64,000 nt of DNA. Source: Bacteroidales bacterium. Its GTDB lineage: Bacteria; Bacteroidota; Bacteroidia; Bacteroidales; UBA1715. The stretch lies in contig JAFZOY010000010.1 in the NCBI GenBank assembly GCA_017552705.1, positions 3,486-67,485 of the forward strand, given 5' to 3'. Below, piece by piece: positions 1 to 10,600 of this stretch (position 1 is the first letter of the stretch; each line of letters starts with the position of its first letter). The position numbers and the translations under genes are program-made. A model generated the notes under the pieces. That model had not been told where the DNA came from and did not search any database. It saw only the letters and a program-made list of their open reading frames with translations.

Positions 1-3000
1 GTCAAATTACCTGTTTCATCGGTTGAATAAACCGTAGTAGTCAAATCTACAGCGGCACTATTGTAACAGATTTCATCTTTCGTAATCGGGTTGATTTCAA
101 CCGTAGGCAATGCGTGTACCACAAATGAGTTCTTCGTTGTTTTCACACAACCTTTCGTATCAGTGTATGTCAATGTTACTTCATACACACCTGGAGCGTT
201 GTCGCTCGGTGTGAATGTACCATTGTCAGCTATTGTACCTTTATCAATTGTATAGACAAACGTACCAATACCTGCGGCAGGAGTAGTCTTTGTTACCGTA
301 ATTGGATCACTATTGTTACCGCTTACGCAGACGCTTGTATTACTCAACGTGAACGTTGGCGTTGGCAACGGGTTCACTATCATAACTTGCTCAGCGGTCT
401 GTTCTGTACTACAACCTTTATCACTTGTAAAGCTATATGTAACGGTATAAGAACCAGCATTATTATCGCTTGGCGTGAAAGATGCGGTAGTTTCACCTGT
501 TTTAGCCACATTATTAGACCATGTTCCTGTACCATTCATTGCAGGCTCAATAGTTGCCGTAATAATCTGGGCATCTTCCACCGTGATACAGTGTTCATTA
601 TCTGGAGTTGACAACGATGCAGTTGGAACAGGATGTACCGTGATTGAACCCTCTGCATGACCAGTACAACCATTCTTGTCGGCAACATATACTGCAAAAT
701 CGTATGATTCACTTGCAGTAACATCTGCATTCGCAAACGTTGGATTAGCAATCTTCGTAGCGTTGAAATATGCAGTAGCGTCACCCTTCCATTCTATTGA
801 AGTATAGGTGTCGGCTTGTCCCAATGTAATGGTTGCCGAAGTGTTTTCACAAATTTCTTCACTCGACATTATGAATGAAGGTTGCAATTCTGCATTTACC
901 ACAACCGTAATTTTTGTCTTATCGCTTTCGCAACCTGCTTTTGTTTGAGTAACGAAATATTCCGTTTCACCAGCTTGTGCGATGCTTGGAGTTGGAGCAG
1001 TTGTTGATGTGCTTCCATTAGACAAATACCATGTTGCAGTTGCACCATTTGCAATTGTTGCTTCCAATGGTTTCACACTTGCAGGATCAGCAGTCGTACA
1101 GTAAGAAACCGTAGGTACAGCTGTAGGAGCATCTGGTTTTGGATCGAATGTCAATGTAACCTTATTTGACTCATCGGAAACGCAACCATCTTCGCTTGTG
1201 TAAACCACCGAAACTTCAGCTGTTTCAGGATTTGGCCATGTAGCATCTTTTGTCAACGAAACAGAATTTCCGTCGCCAGTCGCACCATTCCAAGCGTACG
1301 AGCCACCCGAAGCGGCAGCATTTCCAACCTTTGCGGTCGCATTCACCGTAAGGTCGTTGCCTGCACAGATTTGTTTTACTGGAGCATCAACGGTAACCGT
1401 TGGTTTTGCAAAAATCGTAACCGATTTTTCTGCAACTTCGCTCACACAACTCTTTGTTCCTGCTTGATTGGTTGCAGTCAATGTGTAATTGTAAACTTTT
1501 GCGCCACTTGCAGTCTGTGTAGCAGCAGAACCTGAACCATCACCACCCCATGACAATGTAGCAGCAGAAATGTCGGAGCTACCTGTTAACGTGATTGTAT
1601 TCGGTTCACAAATAGTTTCATCAGAGACCTCGATTGTAGCCGAAGGAATAGCAACGATAGTAACTGTAGAACTACCTGCATATCCTGAAGCGACAGCTGG
1701 GCAATATTTATCACTCAACGATGCAATCGCATATTCATACGTTGTATATGCAGAATTTGGAGAAACCACATTCTTCGGAGTGATTGCTGCCGAAGTACCA
1801 TTAGCTGTTTCCGAAATAGCGGTACCGCCATTTTCAGTATAACTATAGTCGAACGGAGCATTACCTGTAAACGTAAGAGTAATGTCGTCAACATTGTCGC
1901 CTACGCAATAATCTGCACCTTTACCCAATTTTACAGTTGGATTGTCGGCAGCATTCAAAGTAACAGATGCCGTAGTTTTACATTTTGAGTTTGGCATCAA
2001 TGCATCAACAACCTTTACTATATATGTATCAGCTTCGTCAGCCTCAAAAGTAAGTTGGTCGGTTTTAGACGGACCAGCAACAATATTTGCGTCAGCTTCA
2101 GAGCCTTTATACCATGTATACGTGAAATCTCTTGCATTAGCTTGTGCAGTTGGAGTCAACATAGATTTGTCACCTGGGCACAAATATCCATCAGCATCAG
2201 CTGAAGTAATCGTTACAGCCTTTGGCTGCGTACATGGACATTCCTCAGAAATAGGAATCTTTATACGGTCGCAGAAACCTTGGGTTGTTGTGAAACCAAG
2301 ATTATAAATATAACCCGTCATACTCTGATTTGGGTTACTTGTTCCCTGAGAGACACCTTCAAATTGAAGAATTTTTCCCGTCGCATCATCAACAGTAGAA
2401 GAGTTCAGCTGTTGGGTTCCCCTCATTAAATGGAATTCAATATTATCACCACTCACACTATATCTTGTCGGAGAAATTGAATAGATGCCAGGTTCCAACG
2501 TAACAGATCCTGTCGCCGTCATTGTTATAGTGGATTTTGTTGTGCTTGTCAGTTCATCACCAACAGCAGAGAATGTACCATACGAACGTCCTGTATTTGC
2601 CACATACCCACCATTATTATATGAAGCGCCATAAACTGTAAATGTTACAGATGGAGTAGCTGAACCTGTACTATACAATTTTGTACTTGCTTTGAAATTA
2701 AATCCAGTTAAGGTGATTTTTTCCTTAACTGTAAATATAGTTGGGAACATATTCCCTACCTGTAGATTACCTGCATTTAACTGATTATCTTCATTTGTCC
2801 ATCTGGATTTATTTTCTTGGATAAAAATACCGCTTGATGAAGATGTTTCTTCAACATATACATATCCTTTACCATTATTCAATGTAATGGACGAGAAATC
2901 TGCATCCTTTGTCTCGCTACCAACAGTAGTGGCAATTGGAGTTCTTGCGGATTCTGATGCATACCAAGAATAAACAGCACGATTGTTCGTAGTAGTTACA

Positions 3001-4790
3001 CCAATCTGAGGTATTTCGCCTTTTTCAGCACAATAGATAATTTCATCAGGTACAGTGAATGTCTGCGGATAAGCAGCAATTGTCATTTCAGCGATAGCAG
3101 GGTCGTACTTCACACAACCAGAACCTGTACCACTTTCAACGTGTTCTATCTTCACCTTATATGTACCTGGCTCTGTTGCGGTATATTTAGTTCCTTTTGC
3201 TGAAATCAAACCACTTGCCGAAGTAATTACTTCATCATCCTTATACCATGTGATTTTATAGTGAGAAGCTAATTTTGTATCAATAAGGAATCCCGAATTC
3301 AATACTTGACCATTAAATGTAGAAGCACACACGGTCATATCACCCGGTGTTAAGTCAACTGTTGGGTTCGGTTCACGAGGGTTACAGTTTGCAGGAGGAT
3401 TGATTTTTGTAGCTTGTTTTGCTTCAGTAGTACTACCAATACCCAACTGACCATATTCATTACAACCCCATGCGTAAATATCACCATTGTCCAATCCGTA
3501 GAATCCCCATGTATCACCACGGTTGATAAGTACCACATTATTATGAACACCCGAACTTGAATATTTTATATATTCCGGACCAGCATTTGAAGAAGATTGT
3601 CCAATTTTAGAACCCGTGGCACCGCCACCACCATCACCGCAGCCGCCGCCACCCCAGGCAACAGGCTTGTTGTCGGCTGTGATTGCCATACCATAACCTT
3701 GACCGCCAGCAACCCATTTAGCCAACAAATAATCTCCATCATTACTTGCGCCAGTAGTTAAACCTTTACGGACACGTAACGGAGTAGAATAATTTGCGCC
3801 ATCAGAATACCACGTATAATTTGCATCCAACACACCAGCAGCATTATTCCAAGCGCCGTTACCCCACGCCCAGATATATCCATCAACATCCAAACCATAT
3901 CCTTCACCATCACCACAACCCAAGAATGTAATATTATCAAGAGGAGAACCATCAGCATGAGCTACCGGACGAGCGTATGGATCAGTTTTTTTACCAGGAG
4001 AGCCTGCTCCACCTGTTTGACCACGTCCCAACTGGCCTTCGCCATGCTCATGTCCCCACGAATAAACAGTACCTACACCATCGCCATCGGGGTCAACCAA
4101 TGCGTATGCACAGTTATCACCCGCATAGATTTGAACAACACCTTGTAATTTTTTCTTTGAAGCATCAAGAACAAACACAGGATATGCTTGGTTTACCTGA
4201 TTACCACAACCAAGCTGTCCATACGCATCGTCATACCCTTGAGAGTCAAAACCTTTATTATTACCACCCCAACCAACTAAACATCCTTTATACTGACCAT
4301 CGCCCAAAATAGCAAAAGTGTTGTTGTTACCGGCATATACCACATCAACATTACACAAATAGCCATCGCAATCGTATTCAGTGCCTTTCAATTCACTCGT
4401 TCCAATCTTTACTTGCACAGGTGTCTCCTGTACCACTCCATCGGAATTCGGAATATTTCCCGTACCGCACTGTCCCAAACTGTTGTTACCCCAGCACCAA
4501 ACCTTACCACTACAGTCCAAGGCCACAAAGTGTGCACCCGAACCACAGTTAACCTGCTGGATATACAAGCCTTCTTGAGAGAAGAACGTAACCTCGGTGG
4601 GCTTATTCACCGCATTCTTATGCCCCAAGCCAAGCTGCCCTTTTGTGTTGATACCCCACACATAGAGCACACTGTTTTCACAAACCATTGCCGATACGGT
4701 GTTACCACCAGAAATGGTCAACTCTTTCTGCGCAAAAGCACACACTGTTAAAGTTATTGTGCCAATCACTAATAGAACTAAACGCTTCAT
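1..4790 (-). CDS. Giant secreted surface protein (partial; C-terminus lies beyond the window start). It has an N-terminal RCC1-type beta-propeller repeat region followed by many Ig-like/beta-sandwich repeat modules.
   Basis: It is absent from the ORF track because it is open at the window edge. I translated the reverse strand from ATG 4790..4788. That gives MKRLVLLVIGTITLTVCAFAQ (signal peptide), then repeated RCC1 signatures (YVWGINTKGQLGLGH, CWGNNSLGQCGTGN, YGQLGCGN, WGHEHGEGQLGRGQ, AWGCNEYGQLGIGS). The frame was spot-checked open at 4621-4790, 2281-2340 and 1-60. The distal ~1100 codons are T/S/G/A-rich modules, each with a conserved Cys context (ICEN, YCVGD, LCPGD, ICAGN, HCITV). Confidence 0.8.
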   Translation of the reverse strand, partial: MKRLVLLVIGTITLTVCAFAQKELTISGGNTVSAMVCENSVLYVWGINTKGQLGLGHKNAVNKPTEVTFFSQEGLYIQQVNCGSGAHFVALDCSGKVWCWGNNSLGQCGTGNIPNSDGVVQETPVQVKIGTSELKGTEYDCDGYLCNVDVVYAGNNNTFAILGDGQYKGCLVGWGGNNKGFDSQGYDDAYGQLGCGNQVNQAYPVFVLDASKKKLQGVVQIYAGDNCAYALVDPDGDGVGTVYSWGHEHGEGQLGRGQTGGAGSPGKKTDPYARPVAHADGSPLDNITFLGCGDGEGYGLDVDGYIWAWGNGAWNNAAGVLDANYTWYSDGANYSTPLRVRKGLTTGASNDGDYLLAKWVAGGQGYGMAITADNKPVAWGGGGCGDGGGGATGSKIGQSSSNAGPEYIKYSSSGVHNNVVLINRGDTWGFYGLDNGDIYAWGCNEYGQLGIGSTTEAKQATKINPPANCNPREPNPTVDLTPGDMTVCASTFNGQVLNSGFLIDTKLASHYKITWYKDDEVITSASGLISAKGTKYTATEPGTYKVKIEHVESGTGSGCVKYDPAIAEMTIAAYPQTFTVPDEIIYCAEKGEIPQIGVTTTNNRAVYSWYASESARTPIATTVGSETKDADFSSITLNNGKGYVYVEETSSSSGIFIQENKSRWTNEDNQLNAGNLQVGNMFPTIFTVKEKITLTGFNFKASTKLYSTGSATPSVTFTVYGASYNNGGYVANTGRSYGTFSAVGDELTSTTKSTITMTATGSVTLEPGIYSISPTRYSVSGDNIEFHLMRGTQQLNSSTVDDATGKILQFEGVSQGTSNPNQSMTGYIYNLGFTTTQGFCDRIKIPISEECPCTQPKAVTITSADADGYLCPGDKSMLTPTAQANARDFTYTWYKGSEADANIVAGPSKTDQLTFEADEADTYIVKVVDALMPNSKCKTTASVTLNAADNPTVKLGKGADYCVGDNVDDITLTFTGNAPFDYSYTENGGTAISETANGTSAAITPKNVVSPNSAYTTYEYAIASLSDKYCPAVASGYAGSSTVTIVAIPSATIEVSDETICEPNTITLTGSSDISAATLSWGGDGSGSAATQTASGAKVYNYTLTATNQAGTKSCVSEVAEKSVTIFAKPTVTVDAPVKQICAGNDLTVNATAKVGNAAASGGSYAWNGATGDGNSVSLTKDATWPNPETAEVSVVYTSEDGCVSDESNKVTLTFDPKPDAPTAVPTVSYCTTADPASVKPLEATIANGATATWYLSNGSTSTTAPTPSIAQAGETEYFVTQTKAGCESDKTKITVVVNAELQPSFIMSSEEICENTSATITLGQADTYTSIEWKGDATAYFNATKIANPTFANADVTASESYDFAVYVADKNGCTGHAEGSITVHPVPTASLSTPDNEHCITVEDAQIITATIEPAMNGTGTWSNNVAKTGETTASFTPSDNNAGSYTVTYSFTSDKGCSTEQTAEQVMIVNPLPTPTFTLSNTSVCVSGNNSDPITVTKTTPAAGIGTFVYTIDKGTIADNGTFTPSDNAPGVYEVTLTYTDTKGCVKTTKNSFVVHALPTVEINPITKDEICYNSAAVDLTTTVYSTDETGNL

Positions 4791-4850
4791 AATCTATAAA
4801 GATGTTTTTGGTTTCTATACTATATTTCTATTTTAAGACGCAAAGTAAAT

Positions 4851-4881
4851 AAAAAAAGTTACACAAAGTGCAACTTTTTTT
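4851..4881. terminator. Imperfect hairpin flanked by A-run and T-run (possible bidirectional terminator) between the protease gene and the RCC1 gene
   Basis: The sequence is aaaaaaaGTTaCACaaaGTGcAACttttttt. The stem has one internal mismatch, with poly-A upstream and poly-T downstream. Confidence 0.3.
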
Positions 4882-4903
4882 CACTAATACTGCTTTTTTC
4901 GTA

Positions 4904-7672
4904 TTATTTTTTCAAATGAATAACTTTGTTCCAGAAAATTTGATCGGCTGCACGGGTTTGTATCATATACACTCCCGATGGCAAATCCTGCATCGGAATT
5001 GAAAATACACCATTCTGCATATAATATATATCATGAGATTTTACCTCTCCCCGTACATTATATATATGTACTTCAACAGAAGAACACACGGCTTGCTGCA
5101 ATAGCAGATTCACCGCAGATGTACAGACACTTGGATACACCACGAGTATTGCCTTGTCGGATATGTGTTGCCGCGAAACCCACGAGATAGGATACTGAAG
5201 TATCGAACCATCTCCCAACGAATAATGATACTGAGATTTCACCACAATCGGCTGCATACCTATTAAATATGGGACACCATACTCCCGATACGACAGCCAC
5301 GATTCGTTTGCATAAAAATAACCGTCAACAGTTGCTTCGGAATCACTATACTGCAACATTGAAATATTGGATTCGTACGCTGTGGAGTTAAAGCAAATCC
5401 CGTAGGCAAAGGATGAATCAACATACAACACGGTATCTAAACTTACTTGGTTAAAATAGTGCGGTTTCAATTCTGAATTTGCGATAGTTTTCCGCACCAA
5501 CTCTTTCGAGAAATCGGCATTCCACACACACACATCGGTATATCCTTTATTGTCGGGAACTTCGGCAACCGCAAGTTTTACATCACGCAAATAAATCGGT
5601 TTTTGCACCGACATTTTATTTGCGAAACAATTCATTCCAACATCATTCGGACCAGCCCAATTTTCGACAAACGAATTCGATACCTGCATAAACTGGGTAT
5701 TCTTACGGATACCTCCCAACGAATCAACGCCAAACAATTCCTCAGTATATTTTACAACCACTGAATCTGATAGACTATTAGCAAAAAATGGTTTTTCATA
5801 CCCATACGTTTGCAATGTATCCGGTCGTTCGGTCACGTGGGCAAGCATTGCCAGATGCGCTGGGAAGCCCAACGAATCAGTGGAAACCCACGAAATAGGA
5901 TGCCGAACATATACATTTCCATCAAATTGGGATTCAGTCATATAACCCGTAAACGCCCGTGAATTATTTCGGATGATATACCCTATCCAGCAAAATCCTT
6001 GTATATCAATTGGTTGTGGTAATTTTACATATACATTCGCAGAATCCTGCACCATCGTTTCGTCCATTTCAACCGAAAATACTTCAGTTTCAGGAGATTT
6101 GGTCCCTGTCCAAATACAAAAACGTATATCACTCAAAGGCACTTTTGTATCGATTTTTCCCGAAAAGACAAGACCATAAATGGATTTCCGCAACACACAC
6201 CGTTCGGCGATTGCAGTCCATCCCATCTCATTTGCCGACGACCACTCTCCCGACACAGAATTTCCAAAACTAAAACGACAAAGAGTGTCGGTGGTTAGAA
6301 CGTTGGTATATACATTTTCGGCAATTTGGTACGGATCGAAGCCAGAGCAACGGGTTACACCAAGATTCAAAGGATCGAGCCAGGGTTTCAGCTGGGCAGT
6401 AGAAACATCATAGTAATCCCATGCCCTTGACAGTTTTGAAAAAAAATCGTTGACCGACGATTCACACGTAGCCTCACCTCCCGACAACGAACCAATCACC
6501 AAATGATTTGCATCGAAGAGCGACGAACCCGATGAGCCCGCCTCTGTAGTTCCCACCTCCCACGAAGCAATCTTCCAATGAGAATCGGCAGCATACGTCA
6601 TTGTCTTGGTTTTAAACGTCACCGTTGTTGGTTTTGCTTCGTCAACCGAGATTTTTTTCACATCACCTTTCGGATGATGAATGCAGACCGTACCTTTCGC
6701 CACATCATCGGAAGTATTCCAACCAGCATAATACGGATTATATGACTTTGGCGGAGTCTGCGACAGCTTTACCAACGAGAAATCAACCTTTCCATCAGGA
6801 GAGGTTGCCACTAACGACGAACCAGAGATAGTTTTCGGCGTTTTTTCGTTTCGTTCACCGCACGTAACATTCTCATAATCAAAGTAAAATACTGTTTTCA
6901 TTGCTTTCGTTTGGTTGCTTATGCAATGATTCGCGGTAAGCACATAAGGGGTATAGTCTTTCGAAGTATTATTCACCAGTGTTCCCGTGCAGGCTGTGAT
7001 TCCCTGTATGACCAACTTGCAAACCGCTCGCTTTTCGATTTGCCACTCCTGTCCCTCTGGGCAGTTGATATCGACATTGCATGACGAGGAATTAGTGGAT
7101 TTCAACTCGGCTTCCTTGCTATATTCATTAGTGAAATCATGGGCTACCTGAGTAATTGTCCAAGCACTTTTCAGTTCAGAATTCTTTGGTTCCACAAAAC
7201 GGACAAAGACGGTATCACCACGCACCAATGCTGTTGGCAGCACATCGGAGAATCTGGCTTCGTTTTTTGTATATCGCTGAAAATCAGACGAATCCCTTCC
7301 ATACACACACAGATACGCATGATCAGAGAAGAAGACATTTTCAAACATCAAATTAAGGGAATATGCGCCCTGCGATACAATATCAAGAGCATAATAGACC
7401 GTATCATTGCGCTCTTGTGCCGATATGTCATCCAATCCAATGGAGACGGCAAACGGATATGCAAACTGATACGCCTCATCTTTATTACGACTAACAGAAA
7501 GATTTTCAGGCAATTGTGGCATTTTCACCACCGATAGTCCAACTGGTTTTCTAGGAATTTGTGAATGAGCGGAGGACTGTGAAAATGAAAAAAACGACAT
7601 ACACAAAAGGTATGTCGTCGCCAGTATTCGTTTGAAAATATTAATCCAATTCAAGTCCCAAAACAAGCACAT
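4904..7672 (-). CDS. Secreted trypsin-fold (S1, lysyl/glutamyl-endopeptidase-like) serine protease with a large C-terminal extension and a T9SS-type C-terminal sorting tail
   Basis: The His motif is VLTANHCIS and the Ser motif is TEAGSSGSSLF. The C-terminal ~80 aa (…VEVHIYNVRGEVKSH…GVYMIQTRAADQIFWNKVIHLKK) look like a Por/T9SS CTD. The start is uncertain. The ORF-track start 7834 lies inside the upstream gene. ATG 7672 (MCLFWDLNWINIFKRILATTYLLCMSFFSFSQS, signal-like) still overlaps it by 32 nt. ATG 7600 is the alternative. Confidence 0.7.
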   Translation of the reverse strand: MCLFWDLNWINIFKRILATTYLLCMSFFSFSQSSAHSQIPRKPVGLSVVKMPQLPENLSVSRNKDEAYQFAYPFAVSIGLDDISAQERNDTVYYALDIVSQGAYSLNLMFENVFFSDHAYLCVYGRDSSDFQRYTKNEARFSDVLPTALVRGDTVFVRFVEPKNSELKSAWTITQVAHDFTNEYSKEAELKSTNSSSCNVDINCPEGQEWQIEKRAVCKLVIQGITACTGTLVNNTSKDYTPYVLTANHCISNQTKAMKTVFYFDYENVTCGERNEKTPKTISGSSLVATSPDGKVDFSLVKLSQTPPKSYNPYYAGWNTSDDVAKGTVCIHHPKGDVKKISVDEAKPTTVTFKTKTMTYAADSHWKIASWEVGTTEAGSSGSSLFDANHLVIGSLSGGEATCESSVNDFFSKLSRAWDYYDVSTAQLKPWLDPLNLGVTRCSGFDPYQIAENVYTNVLTTDTLCRFSFGNSVSGEWSSANEMGWTAIAERCVLRKSIYGLVFSGKIDTKVPLSDIRFCIWTGTKSPETEVFSVEMDETMVQDSANVYVKLPQPIDIQGFCWIGYIIRNNSRAFTGYMTESQFDGNVYVRHPISWVSTDSLGFPAHLAMLAHVTERPDTLQTYGYEKPFFANSLSDSVVVKYTEELFGVDSLGGIRKNTQFMQVSNSFVENWAGPNDVGMNCFANKMSVQKPIYLRDVKLAVAEVPDNKGYTDVCVWNADFSKELVRKTIANSELKPHYFNQVSLDTVLYVDSSFAYGICFNSTAYESNISMLQYSDSEATVDGYFYANESWLSYREYGVPYLIGMQPIVVKSQYHYSLGDGSILQYPISWVSRQHISDKAILVVYPSVCTSAVNLLLQQAVCSSVEVHIYNVRGEVKSHDIYYMQNGVFSIPMQDLPSGVYMIQTRAADQIFWNKVIHLKK

Positions 7673-10600
7673 CGTCAATTTGTTTCCGTTGTCCTTTCCA
7701 TTTCTCGAACGTTGTGTCGAGTTTTTCACATTGCTGTTCCATAGGCAACGTACTTGTCTCAAACAACAATTTTTTGAAATGAACGCCAAGGAATTTTTTA
7801 TTCTCATCGCCACCGAATTGGTCTTGGTATCCATCAGAGAACATATACAAGCGTGTTCCCGGTGTATAAGAGAATTGGTGGTTCGAGTAGATATTCACCT
7901 CTGTATTCATAGAGCCACCCACAGAAGCCATATCACCCTCTATAGTTTCTATCAAACCATCGTGGACACAATACACTACATGGTTTGCGGCTGCAACCTG
8001 TACAGTTTTCTCCACTTTGTTAATCAAACACAGCGTAATATCCATACCATCTTCCTGCGATTCCGGCGACGCATTTGCTTTCTGGTTGAGCGCAGTACGG
8101 ACACCAATATTCAATTTGTCGAGAACTTCGGCAGGAGTACGCAGTTTCTTATAGGTGATTTGTTGCAAAAGTGTAGCTCCAATCATCGACATAAATGCGC
8201 CAGGAACGCCATGCCCAGTACAATCAACCGCAGCCACGTACATATACCCTTCACGTTCAGTAAACCAATAAAAATCGCCACTCACAATATCGCGAGGTTT
8301 AAACAGAATAAACGCATTCGGGAAATATGTGTGCAGTTCCGAAATTGGAGGTAGTATAGCATCTTGGATACGTTTTGCATAACTGATACTATCCTTTATC
8401 AATCGGTTTGTTTTTGCAAGTTCCTCATTGTTATGAGTCAACATATCACTCTGAATCTCGAGCTTTTTGTTTTGTTCGGCAATTTCCTCAGTTCTATCGT
8501 TCACCATTTTTTCCAACTTCGCATTTTCCTCTTTGTAGAAATGTTCACGATACTTTATATATATGTATATTGCCAAGCCCAAGAATAAAATCAGCACTGA
8601 ATAGAACCACGTGGTTTTCCAGAATGGAGGCACGATAGTAATTGTCAGCTGAGTGATTTCATTGCTCCATACGCCATCATTGTTGGTGGCAGTAACCTCG
8701 AAAATATATTCCCCTCCGGCAAGATTCGTATATGTTGCGGAGCGTTTACTTGCATCTGTATAGTTCCAATCCTCATCGAAGCCAACCAAACGATATTTAT
8801 ATTGTACTTTCGAAGGAGCGACATTATTCAAAATCGAAAATTCAATGGAGAAATTGTATTTATACGATAGCGACAACTCTTTAGTCATTGTAATTGCCTG
8901 ATGAAGAATAACTTCACCTTGAATTTCATCGCCAATTTCTACTTCCTTATTATAAATTTTCAAACCTGTAACCACCACGTGTCCTGTATAGGTATCATTG
9001 GTGATGCTATCAGGGAAGAAATACGACATACCTTTTGATCCACCGAAATACAACATTCCCGAAGACGATTTGAACGTGGCGCGCTCGTTGAACGCATTTC
9101 CCTGCAAACCATCGGATTCGTTGTAGTTCGTAAACGTTTCGGCAAACGGAGCGAATCGTGAAATACCATAACATGTGCTTATCCACAAATTACCACGGCG
9201 GTCTTCCTGCATAGCAAGAACCATATCGTTGGTCAAACCATGAGATTTCTTCGTATATGAGATAAACGTTTTTTCCCTTCGGTTGAACTTACAAATACCG
9301 GCACCACCAGTACCAACCCAAAACGTGCCATTACGAGTCTCCAACAAAGAATATACAATTTCGCTGTTCAATGAATTTGCATGGTTCTGGTCAGGTTCAA
9401 AAAACTCAACGACATTAGTTTCAGGATCGACGCGCATGATACCACGTCCGTTTGTTCCTGCCCAAATAACATCTTGAGAATCAAGCATTACACTCCAAAT
9501 AACATTTCGCATGAAGTTGGATGTATTCACATCATATTTGGTAAACTTGCCTTTCTCCCATTCATATTTACACAAACCGCCTCCATACGTACCAATCCAA
9601 AGGCGAAGTTGCGCATCGAGGCAAAGTGCCGTCACAGCGTTGTTCGATAACACATTTGAAGCCTCCTCCACGTACTCATAATGATCGAGGACACCTTTCT
9701 CCAACGAGAAACGGAACAATCCATTTCCATCAGTACCCAACCAGAAGAATCCACGAGGGTCCTGTACTATGGCGGTAATCATATTTATGTTATTCTTATC
9801 GTCGTTGGTTGACTGATATGTTTTTATAACATTGAAATCCTTGTCGTAGTATAACAAACCAGCACCACGCGTTCCCACCAAGAAATGACCATCATGTTCA
9901 GCGGAATAATTCTTTATTTCCAATATGGTCATCACATTGTCGGAAGTAATCATGGATTTGAAATCCTGACTTGGATGCAACAAACTAAATTTCTTCCGAT
10001 GCGTATTGTATTTGTTTAAGCCGGCTGTTTCGGAGCCGAGCCACAAAATACCCGACTTGTCACGTAAGATCGACAAAATATTATTCGAAGAAATCGCATA
10101 ATCGTGCTGATGCATTTTTTCGGCACCAAGAAATTCCTTTGTGTTTACATCGAAATAATTCAAACCGCCGCCACGAGTACCAACATACATTATATTAGTA
10201 ATCGTGTCTTCGTAGAATGTCCATACAATATTATTAGACAACGATAGAGTGTCGAGCGGATTATTTTCGAACACTTTATATTTGTGTGTTTCTGGATTCA
10301 TAACCCCGAAACCACCGTAATAAGTACCTATCCACAAGTCTCCATGACGGTCGCATTCAATGCTCATAATGTCATGGTTGATAAAATCAACATGGGTAAA
10401 AATTCCTGTCCGTTTGTCGAATTTATCCAAACCACCGCCTTCGTTCACACCAACCCACAGATTACCAAAACGGTCCTTGTTGACCGTACGCACCTGGTTA
10501 CTACCAATAGAATTCAAATTACTCGGATTGTGCTTATAGCTTGTGAACTTATGTATTTTAGGATCAAAGCAATTCAAACCACCACCATACGTAGCCAGCC

